Both the position numbers and the translations under genes were made by a program. From the NCBI GenBank assembly GCA_041691135.1, contig JBEPVF010000002.1, positions 210,718 through 274,717 on the forward strand: a DNA stretch of 64,000 bases. Direction: 5' to 3'. This DNA comes from Candidatus Peribacteria bacterium (GTDB lineage: Bacteria > Patescibacteriota > Gracilibacteria > Peribacterales > Peribacteraceae). Below the pieces are notes generated by a model. The model made no database searches. It saw only the letters and a program-made list of their open reading frames with translations, and had not been told where the DNA came from. Positions 9,007 to 17,541 of the stretch are shown piece after piece (within the stretch, counting starts at the first letter, position 1; each line of letters starts with the position of its first letter).

Positions 9007-11310
9007 CTACTTATATTTTTTTAAATTTAACTTAGCTTCACCTAGTCTGATTAGTAAAATTGCCAGTGCTAATAAAGCTGATAGAGTAAAAAGTGTTACA
9101 ATACCCACTATAAATTTACTTCTAACCTTTCCATACAAATCATCTGTATACATATCGATTTCAATGATACCAATTGTGTTTCCTTCACTATTTTTTATAG
9201 GAGCAATTCCTGAAACAAATTTTCCCCACTGATCAAAAATAGAGTCATAGGCTACTGGTTGCCTAAGAGCATCATTCAAATTTTGAGGAATGGGCGAAAC
9301 ATATCTTATGCCTGGTGCAACGTTTTCCTCAGTATCATCTATTTTCCCATCAAGATTATAATCAGCAGAAAAAGGTAAATTATAATTGGAATCGGCATCA
9401 GCAACAAATTCCCATACATCTTTTATCTCAGTAGGACGCATGATATAAACATATCTAATATTTTTGTCCTGATTTCTTATTTCATTCAATCTATTAAAAA
9501 CTTTTTGATACTCAGTAAGCTTCATATCTTTTGCAAAATGCAGAGCATTTATGTCAGTTTCCTGAAACTCCATAGCAGCAGTTGCCGAAACAAATTTTAA
9601 TTTGCTTAACAGATCATTTTTTACAATCTTCAATGTATAAAAATACATGAATACGATAACTAATAAAGATACTGAACTAATTATAAGGATTAACAAATAT
9701 AGTTTTTTGTTTTTCAAAAAGTTCATGCATTCTTTTAAAAGAGATCTATTAAACGCAGTTAACCTTATAAAAATTAGGAAGATGAAAAGCGCAAAAAACC
9801 AAAACAGAGGGAGAAAAGTTTGCGAACTCAATTTACTCAAGTCACTAGCTCTCATGTCAGCTGCCATAACCGCTATGACATTTCCTTCCTTGTCTTTGAT
9901 TGGTGCATAACCAGAAATTACTTTGCCCCAGTTATCTTGGTAGAAATCTTTATTGGCAAGAGGTCTGTTGTATCCTTCTAGAGCCTCTAAAGGCGGGTTT
10001 GTGTATATTTGTCCTGGCCATTGTAAATAATCTTGAGAATCAATTTTTCCATCACTATTCACATCAACATCATTAGTCGTATCGGCATCTGAATTTGCAT
10101 ATGGATTTATAGAATGGGAGTCGGCGACAAATTCAATCTTTGAAGGATCTGTTTTAGATTTCCTAAAAATATAGGCGAACAGAATGTCGGCGTTGCTTAT
10201 GCGGATTTCCTTTAGCTGAGATACTACTCTTTGCCACTCTGGTTTTTTCCAATCTGCTTCAACCTGCAGAGCCTCAATATCTTTAGGATCAAATGCCAAT
10301 ACTCCGGTTGTAGCTACTGATATGATTTTCTCCTTCATTCGCTGCATATTCAATGCATCGGTGTAGCGTTGAATACCGTATGTTAAACCAGCTGCAAAAA
10401 GAGCAAGACCAAGAATGATTCCTATGCTTCTCTTTGTAAGAAAAAAACCTCGCAGTCCGGATAGTAAGCGGGTTTTGATGGGTATTCCTTCGGGCATTAT
10501 AATATTTTGTTCTCCTGTTCCATTATTTGCAGCAATAGCCGCTTGTATCTTCTCTCTCCAAATTTTCTCGAAGAAGACCTTCTCCATTCCAGCCATCTCC
10601 GGATAATCGATCAAACAGGCACGTTTCTCTACATGATTAAAGCAGGCAATAGTGTCACCGGTAATGATTTTCTCGTACGAGAAAGAACATTCCTCTTGGG
10701 AAATGAGAAACGTTTTCCGATACTCAAATGGATCGCGCGATGCGAAACGCCGACCGAGCGGGGTATCGTGCGCGATGACACGCTCGAAGATATTGCGAGT
10801 ACGGCGCTCGCGAAAATACTCGACAAAAAAATCACGGAGTGGATCCTCTTCTACAGTGTGCTGGACAGGCAGATAACGAAGCATTTCTTTTCCTTTATCA
10901 AGCAAACGCATGTATGCCTGCTTCATTCCAGCTTCTCCTTCGAAGTGTTGCATATCCGGCCGGGTCTTATCCACTTTGAGCGACGCGACATACGACTCAA
11001 AATTTTCGTGTCGGCGCAGTAGTTCTTCACGTTTCTGATTCGTATCTTGATGAAGCATTGTGGACACTGCGTCCAGCGATATAAGCGTGTACTTCCAGTT
11101 ATCGTTAATCCATTCCTTCTTTACTATCTTCTTGCGAATCAATTTCTTCATCGCCTGATCAAGCACGCCAGGACTCTTTCCCGTTTTGGAAGCGATTTGC
11201 CGAGTGGTTAGGGCATCGTGTTCGAGAAGATTTTTCAGAATCAGGAGTTCCGTAGTAGAAAACCCCGCATCCTGTAAATACGCCTCGATGCTTGATGGCA
11301 AGGATTGCAT
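9007..11310 (-). CDS. TrmB-type HTH regulator fused to four TM helices and two extracytoplasmic Cache-like domains
   Basis: N-terminal LQDAGFSTTE...IASKTG...LIRKKIV and FEGEAGMKQAY (TrmB-like). Two repeats of AYI[FM]R...EFVAD...Y.D[NQ]WGK.[IV]SG.APIK...G...[AG]...D, each between TM helices. Confidence 0.8.
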   Translation of the reverse strand: MQSLPSSIEAYLQDAGFSTTELLILKNLLEHDALTTRQIASKTGKSPGVLDQAMKKLIRKKIVKKEWINDNWKYTLISLDAVSTMLHQDTNQKREELLRRHENFESYVASLKVDKTRPDMQHFEGEAGMKQAYMRLLDKGKEMLRYLPVQHTVEEDPLRDFFVEYFRERRTRNIFERVIAHDTPLGRRFASRDPFEYRKTFLISQEECSFSYEKIITGDTIACFNHVEKRACLIDYPEMAGMEKVFFEKIWREKIQAAIAANNGTGEQNIIMPEGIPIKTRLLSGLRGFFLTKRSIGIILGLALFAAGLTYGIQRYTDALNMQRMKEKIISVATTGVLAFDPKDIEALQVEADWKKPEWQRVVSQLKEIRISNADILFAYIFRKSKTDPSKIEFVADSHSINPYANSDADTTNDVDVNSDGKIDSQDYLQWPGQIYTNPPLEALEGYNRPLANKDFYQDNWGKVISGYAPIKDKEGNVIAVMAADMRASDLSKLSSQTFLPLFWFFALFIFLIFIRLTAFNRSLLKECMNFLKNKKLYLLILIISSVSLLVIVFMYFYTLKIVKNDLLSKLKFVSATAAMEFQETDINALHFAKDMKLTEYQKVFNRLNEIRNQDKNIRYVYIMRPTEIKDVWEFVADADSNYNLPFSADYNLDGKIDDTEENVAPGIRYVSPIPQNLNDALRQPVAYDSIFDQWGKFVSGIAPIKNSEGNTIGIIEIDMYTDDLYGKVRSKFIVGIVTLFTLSALLALAILLIRLGEAKLNLKKYK

Positions 11311-11459
11311 GACAAATTGACACTTTACCCCGATTTTTAACGATGTAAACGATCAAAAGTACCCTTTGCGATAGTAAGAATTTGAAATATGGGTATTTTG
11401 GCTTCGGGTAAAGATTATCTGACGTTCTATGAACTAATAGAACAGACCAACGAATCGCC

Positions 11460-11987
11460 TTATAATCCTTGTTTTTCCGCTGGCAGTTTAATGGTTCGTG
11501 GATCAGTAATTCCGGCATTCCATTCATTCTTAGAAGAAGCAAGTTCCATACCTGCGGCCCCCTGTAATTTTCCTGATTTCCAATGCAACAACGGTATATC
11601 GTGATCCATTTGATCAGACCCAAGTGAAGCAATAGTTTTAGGAGGGGGATCGATATTGAATATCAAAATTCCAGTACCCCCCTTGCTAGTTATTATTGGT
11701 GTATTTAGAGCTTTTGCCTGGCACCAACTTTTTGGAGAAGTATACCTTTTGACTCCAGCAATTTTATCAGTCTCACCATCTGTAAATGGCAAGTCTGAGC
11801 AATTTAAGTCTGCTTCATCTATTGTAAAACCTTCAACGACATCCCACGACTGTGATTTATAAACTATGACATGGACCAACAAGTTACTCATAATGGGCAA
11901 TTTTTTTACTGGTTCTGCAAAGCTTTCTGTTTGTGCACAAGAAGTCAGTAATACTAAGAGGCCAGTAATAAAAATTATTTTTTTCAT
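11460..11987 (-). CDS. Lipoprotein, candidate immunity/partner protein of the upstream large protein
   Basis: MKKIIFITGLLVLLTSC lipobox; start overlaps the upstream stop (TAATG); AT-rich like the upstream C-terminus. Confidence 0.75.
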   Translation of the reverse strand: MKKIIFITGLLVLLTSCAQTESFAEPVKKLPIMSNLLVHVIVYKSQSWDVVEGFTIDEADLNCSDLPFTDGETDKIAGVKRYTSPKSWCQAKALNTPIITSKGGTGILIFNIDPPPKTIASLGSDQMDHDIPLLHWKSGKLQGAAGMELASSKNEWNAGITDPRTIKLPAEKQGL

Positions 11988-14900
11988 TATTTCAGTGCGA
12001 TACGATAAATTGTAAATTTATCAGCTTTTTCATCAAGTCTATCGTATGACATAAAATGATACCGTATTGTATTATCAGCTTGGCGATTATAATCCCCATT
12101 ATATTTTTTTTGCACAGAATCGTAAGCAGACACATATTGACCGTTAGTATCGAGCTTAAACTCACCTGTGCCTGAAGCAACAGGCGTGTAATCATTTACT
12201 AAATCACCGAAATTAGTATCCATAACCCATATGCCGTCTTGCTCTTTTTTTCCAATTACCATTGTGTGTGGAGTTGAACCGTACATCATTTGAACAATAT
12301 CACCTTCTTTTACATCAATTGAGCTAACTTTGTTTTTAAATGAATTAAATTTATTACCTTGATCTATAGCTATAACATTAGGACTGCCATCGACATCCCA
12401 TCTATAGCGCAGATCTACAAGTTCTCCGTTTCGAATTTCCTTACCATCATCGTGGTTAGAGGGAAGTAAAATACCTGTGGAGTTTATTATAAGAACTTTC
12501 CTCAGCCAATCTTTACACTCCAGTTGACCTGTGTCATGCGGAGACCCTCTTAACTCAAATCCTTTGACACCTAAACTTGTATTTTCAACGTACGATAATT
12601 CTCCGTTCGCATAATCTTTAATGAATTGGTCAATAATCTTCTTATTCCCCTCCGGGATCTGCCCATAATCAATATCAAATATAGAAGCAATTTTCTCGTT
12701 CATTCTAGTCTTCTCCTCAAGAGAAAAACTGTTCCACTTGTCTCCAAATAATTTGGGAATGTCCACCTCCGAATGAGAAACCTCCTTCACCGTAAACTCG
12801 CTCGTCGCCATCTGCGCTGTCGATCCGTCTTCGAAGCGAACAACCACGTTCAACCATGTCTGACCGTGGATCATGTGATTCGTGAGTACGCTTGCAGGAA
12901 GGGTAATGTAAAGACCATGACGTATGGCTGCCAAAGATTGTGAATCAATATCGGCATCTGATTTACCTGTTACATCAAAGAGTGCTGGCATAACACGTAC
13001 ATTCTGCACTCTCTTGTCACCGATTACATAGTCCAAACGAATGCGGATCTGATCGTCACTCGTAAATTCTGCACCGTTGATTGATGCTGCGATCATATGT
13101 GGTGCAGCATTCGCCTCGTTGCTCGGGTTGAAGATTTGTTCGTAGCCGGCAATACTAAAGAGCGCTTTGAGCATTCTCTGTTTCGCCTGAGTATCTTTCT
13201 GAAGCGCCACAACCATGATCTTCTGCCAGGGAATAGCAGTGACCTGCTCCACTGTTTTTGCGTAGTCGACCATCTCAACTAGAGTCGATGTGACTAACTT
13301 CTGACTCAAGCCAGCATAGACTTTTGCAACCTGACTGTTGGCTGACGCATCCTGAGAAGACCAATTCAGAGCGGCACCCATTGCTTGCTCCATCGTCGGG
13401 TTCGCTTGCGCATACTGAGCGATGGCATTGACAATAGGTTCGGCAGCCATTGCATCTTTGAACTGCTGAGTGCCAAGAGTGATATCAAGACTGCGAATCA
13501 AATCTTGAGTTTCGCTATCAGGCATGAACATTCCCATCGATTCAAAACTGCCAAGCATGGCAGTCACCGAAGGATCATCCTGTAGAACGGCTTTGAGCTG
13601 TTTCTCCGTGTCACCGCCATAGGTGGAAACTTCATTCGTAAAATCTGTTTCCCAGCTATCCGGTAACTTCACGACAATCGTCCCATCATTCTCGACATGT
13701 GTTTTGTCGCCCAATACAATTGTCATACGCCGGTTGCCTCCGTTAATTGTATTGAGAGCCGCACTGAGCGCATCCACCATCCGAGCCTGCGCACGATCGA
13801 CGTTCATTTGCGATTGCTCACTGGCAGTTGTCGGACTATTAGGCACATTGGCACCGTAGGTATAGATGCTCGGTAGTCGCGACACATCCATTGCACGATT
13901 AATCATCGCCGTATAATCGGCTTCCTTCTGCTGCAAAAAAGGATCAGAGGAAATTCTATTCTGACGCTCATAGAGAGCTGTTTGATCGGTCTGCAAATGA
14001 ATCAACGAATCGATCTGCTCAGTCATATACCGATGACCCAGCGCAATAAGCGTATCGACATTGTCCGGAAAAGGCATGCCCGCTCCCCGACTGGCCTCTC
14101 GCATCTGGTAGACATGCTCATTCGAACGTGTGTAGCCACGCTGAACGACTGCATATACATCGTTGAATTCAGTTGCATTGCCCTTGAGCTGCAAAAACGC
14201 CAGTCGCACGCCGTCAGCGAGCAATCCTCCGACCGTCTCTTCCTGCGCATCTTTCAGTTGGGACAGATGTTCGCGTGTCATTTCAGCCTCTGCCTTCAGC
14301 TGATCAACAACGATACGGACTTCGATACCGAAGTTCCCTTTGGCTTTCAACTGGGCGGCATCGGACCGCTCATTCACTCTGTCTTCCGCCACTTTCTGAA
14401 AATTGACACAAAAAAGTTCCGGGCACAAACGCTGGCACAAGTCATCGACGCTCTCGGTAACCGTATATTCTTTGAAGTACTCATAGATCATGTGGCGTCC
14501 GATATTTGCGATGCCCGGATCATTGATGTCGATCGTACGCAGTGCGGCCATCTTGTCGTCGAAGAGCTGTTTCTGGAGAGCGGCAGAAACCTGGCTCGCA
14601 GTTGAAATTGTTTCCTGTTTAAGATGTTCAACGATCAAATCGGCAATTAGCGCGGCAGCAGTTTCTTTTTGCTGATCCACATACGCATCCAATGTCGGCG
14701 TGGCGGGAGACAATGGCCGTGGCGCCGACGGGCCATCGGTGGGAATAGCCGACCAAAGGCGCAAAGGTGTTTGGACCTTGAATAACTTGCCGGTCTGATC
14801 GCCACCGACTACTCCGATAAGGTAGTGATTTTTGGGTGAAGCATGCTGGATCTGCGTGTACTGCGGCACCTGAAGCGTCTCGGGCAGCTGGGTCATAGGC

Positions 14901-15745
14901 CCCTTGCCAAGAGATTTTCCATCGAAGAGGGTTACGAGGCCGTCTCTGTTCGTGACATAGACAACCTCTCCATCGGGAGAACAGGTGATGTTGTTGATCC
15001 ATGGTCCAGACATCGGTTGAACGATGCAATTACCGGACTGTACGTCGATAATGCTGACACCGCCGTTCTGATCTCCGCAAAGAATATACTTGCCGGAGGG
15101 ATCAACGGTAAAGGCAAGAACATGTCCGGGCACGGAGAAATTCTTTGTCTGAGCAGTCGTACTGTCGTAGACGGAAACAGTTCTATCCAAATACGAAGCC
15201 AACTTTTTACCATCCGGAAAGAAACACACGCCATCACCAGCAGGACCAGTGGCAGTTTGCTCACCTGTGTCGGTATTAAGCTGAAGAACCTGAGAACTCG
15301 ACAGGGCAAAGGCGACTGTTCTACCGTCAGAAGACATCTCCATGCGTGTACCCCAATCGGGAAGCGTGAAGCATTGGAGCTGAGCGCCGCTCGAGGCATC
15401 CCACACACGACAGGTGTGATCTTGTCCGAACGAAATTATTTTTGTTCCGGTTGGATCGTAAGTGCATCGCCACACTTGTCCGTTGTGTCCGGCAAGTTCC
15501 TTTAATGGCGCGCCGTTTCTTGCATCGCGAATGACAATGGTGCTTTGCCCATACGTCGTTGTTGCAAGATGCTCACCATCGGGGCTGAGGGAAAGATCCA
15601 CAAAAGATTCTGGGCCGCGATCCACCTCTGTGGAATCCTGGGAAGTTAGATGCGGTATCGCAGCCAAGGCGGCATCGAACGACGCATAGGCAGGAACCTG
15701 CCGGTCTTCCAGGGATTCAAAGGAGGGATGGAACGAACGCGGCAT
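11987..15745 (-). CDS. 1252 aa protein: LEPRxLL-like N-terminal motif, WD40 propeller, helical middle and C-terminal CHAP/NlpC-P60-like domain
   Basis: MPRSFHPSFESLEDRQVPA; WD40 repeats (LSPDGEHLAT, GHNGQVW..YDPTG, DHTCRVWD); C-terminal GQLECKDW...KEGDIVQM...PHTMVI...IWVMDTNF...FTIYRI. Confidence 0.8.
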   Translation of the reverse strand: MPRSFHPSFESLEDRQVPAYASFDAALAAIPHLTSQDSTEVDRGPESFVDLSLSPDGEHLATTTYGQSTIVIRDARNGAPLKELAGHNGQVWRCTYDPTGTKIISFGQDHTCRVWDASSGAQLQCFTLPDWGTRMEMSSDGRTVAFALSSSQVLQLNTDTGEQTATGPAGDGVCFFPDGKKLASYLDRTVSVYDSTTAQTKNFSVPGHVLAFTVDPSGKYILCGDQNGGVSIIDVQSGNCIVQPMSGPWINNITCSPDGEVVYVTNRDGLVTLFDGKSLGKGPMTQLPETLQVPQYTQIQHASPKNHYLIGVVGGDQTGKLFKVQTPLRLWSAIPTDGPSAPRPLSPATPTLDAYVDQQKETAAALIADLIVEHLKQETISTASQVSAALQKQLFDDKMAALRTIDINDPGIANIGRHMIYEYFKEYTVTESVDDLCQRLCPELFCVNFQKVAEDRVNERSDAAQLKAKGNFGIEVRIVVDQLKAEAEMTREHLSQLKDAQEETVGGLLADGVRLAFLQLKGNATEFNDVYAVVQRGYTRSNEHVYQMREASRGAGMPFPDNVDTLIALGHRYMTEQIDSLIHLQTDQTALYERQNRISSDPFLQQKEADYTAMINRAMDVSRLPSIYTYGANVPNSPTTASEQSQMNVDRAQARMVDALSAALNTINGGNRRMTIVLGDKTHVENDGTIVVKLPDSWETDFTNEVSTYGGDTEKQLKAVLQDDPSVTAMLGSFESMGMFMPDSETQDLIRSLDITLGTQQFKDAMAAEPIVNAIAQYAQANPTMEQAMGAALNWSSQDASANSQVAKVYAGLSQKLVTSTLVEMVDYAKTVEQVTAIPWQKIMVVALQKDTQAKQRMLKALFSIAGYEQIFNPSNEANAAPHMIAASINGAEFTSDDQIRIRLDYVIGDKRVQNVRVMPALFDVTGKSDADIDSQSLAAIRHGLYITLPASVLTNHMIHGQTWLNVVVRFEDGSTAQMATSEFTVKEVSHSEVDIPKLFGDKWNSFSLEEKTRMNEKIASIFDIDYGQIPEGNKKIIDQFIKDYANGELSYVENTSLGVKGFELRGSPHDTGQLECKDWLRKVLIINSTGILLPSNHDDGKEIRNGELVDLRYRWDVDGSPNVIAIDQGNKFNSFKNKVSSIDVKEGDIVQMMYGSTPHTMVIGKKEQDGIWVMDTNFGDLVNDYTPVASGTGEFKLDTNGQYVSAYDSVQKKYNGDYNRQADNTIRYHFMSYDRLDEKADKFTIYRIALK

Positions 15746-15944
15746 AGATGGATGGGGGAAAAGGATGTCTCCATCAAATCAGAGCGCCGCATCAGTGAAG
15801 AGAGCATCACGAAGAGCAAAATCGTGCGACACTCGTTTTTTCCCTGCCACTCAATCTCAATGACGTTCTATGCACACACAGAACGTTCATCAAACATATA
15901 ATCATGAACAAAACTATCTCTTCGTGCAATAATCTGTTGTCCTC

Positions 15945-16979
15945 CTACTCTGACTCCAACACCAAATCGTAAACCTCCTTGCTGATGCTTCCATCCTCGT
16001 ATAGCTGCTTCGCTGCCTTGGCATACGTAATCATTCCAATATTCTCGCTCGTCTGCAGCACCGTCTTCAGTTCCACAATACGTCCGGTACGAATGATGTT
16101 CGATACGGCCGGCGTGTTCAGCAGGATCTCGCGCAATGCCACGCGTCCGCCACCGGTACGCGGCAGCAAGCGCTGGGCGACGATCGCCGTGAGGGATAGC
16201 GAGAGCTGTGAACGGATCTGTTGCTGTTGATAGGCCGGGAACACGTCGACGATACGGTCGATCGTCTGCATCGTGTTGGGCGTGTGCAATGTAGCGAAGA
16301 TAAGGTGGCCTGTTTCAGCCAGAGTGAGAGCGAGGGCAATTGTTTCCGGATCGCGCATTTCTCCGACCATGACGATGTCCGGATCCTGACGCAGCACACG
16401 CTTCATCGCTTCGGCGAACGAGAGGAAGTCCTGACCGTACTGACGCTGACGGATCAGACCCTGGCCGCGCGGAAAGATGAATTCGATCGGATCTTCCAGT
16501 GTGATGATGTGCGCCGAGCGTTGCTGGTTGATGAAGTGCACGATGGACGCGAGTGACGAGGACTTTCCTGAACCGGTCGGACCGGTAAAGAGCACCAGGC
16601 CCTGGCGGAGGTTCACGAACTGCTGTGCGATCTGATCCAGACCGAGTTGTTCCAATGTGGGGATATCCTGCGGGATGATACGAGCCGCCAAGCCGACGTT
16701 GCCACGTTCGTAGTGACAGTTCACACGCAGACGAACGCCATCGGGTAGTTCGTACGACACGTCGATTTCGCGCATCTCCTTTAAACGCTTGTAGGATGTC
16801 TCGCCGATAACGCCGCGGACGAACTGGTCCACTTGGGCAGCGGTCATCACCTGCTTGCTCTGGGCAATCAGCTGTCCATCGATACGAAAGAGGATGGGTG
16901 AGCCCTCAGCGATGTGCACGTCGGATGCACCTTGCTTGAACGCTTTCTCGAATAGAAGGGTGGCGGGTTGGTTTGACAT
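15945..16979 (-). CDS. pilT: Type IV pilus retraction ATPase, PilT/PilU family
   Basis: ASDVHI, Walker A GPTGSGKSS, ITLEDPIE, LRQDPDIVMVGEMRD, AETGHL, TLHT. Confidence 0.93.
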   Translation of the reverse strand: MSNQPATLLFEKAFKQGASDVHIAEGSPILFRIDGQLIAQSKQVMTAAQVDQFVRGVIGETSYKRLKEMREIDVSYELPDGVRLRVNCHYERGNVGLAARIIPQDIPTLEQLGLDQIAQQFVNLRQGLVLFTGPTGSGKSSSLASIVHFINQQRSAHIITLEDPIEFIFPRGQGLIRQRQYGQDFLSFAEAMKRVLRQDPDIVMVGEMRDPETIALALTLAETGHLIFATLHTPNTMQTIDRIVDVFPAYQQQQIRSQLSLSLTAIVAQRLLPRTGGGRVALREILLNTPAVSNIIRTGRIVELKTVLQTSENIGMITYAKAAKQLYEDGSISKEVYDLVLESE

Positions 16980-17188
16980 ATCGAACTATTATAGCAGATT
17001 TTGGCTTACAGACCAAGAGCATCCCCTGTTTAGCCCAAGAGAGTTCTATAAAGACAGAATGGACTCAAAACCCATGCTTTTGGGAACTAAAATGCATTTT
17101 TACTCACAAATACGCAACTTTAGAGGCGAAAAGAGCATTTCTTGGACGAGATTATTTACAAAAATCGTTTGCGGCATACGATTGAGGC

Positions 17189-17527
17189 ATGGCCATAGCC
17201 TCTAGAGAAGCGGGAACCGATCCGGACATATCCGATGCTGTTTGGCGTGTAGCAAAGCCAGGTAATCTGTTTGAGGAATTCAACGAATTGTCGAAGCCAG
17301 AATTGCGTCGAATCGTAGAAGAAGCGGAGCGAAAATTGGCTGCAAAAATTGAAATGTTTCAGCAGACGAGAGGACTTATTTGCAAATGCCTCGATGCGGT
17401 CAGGAATACCTCCAACTGCAAAAATCCACCGCCACATACCAATGAATACCGGCGGATTGACAGACTGAGAGACATTATAACAATCGGAAAGGCATTTTTG
17501 CCTCGTGAGAATGATCCGAGGAAATAA
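17189..17527 (+). CDS. Hypothetical protein
   Basis: 112 aa helical ORF filling the gap, convergent with the next gene; no motif recognised. Confidence 0.5.
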   Translation: MAIASREAGTDPDISDAVWRVAKPGNLFEEFNELSKPELRRIVEEAERKLAAKIEMFQQTRGLICKCLDAVRNTSNCKNPPPHTNEYRRIDRLRDIITIGKAFLPRENDPRK

Positions 17528-17541
17528 AAAGTCTTGATGAT

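Larger units (their letters stand above)
4030..12800. other. AT-rich, probably horizontally acquired or variable region, interrupted by a normal-GC stretch at about 10500-11330
   Basis: Visibly AT-rich with A/T-ending codons compared with the flanks. Boundaries judged by eye; no integrase seen. Confidence 0.6.
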
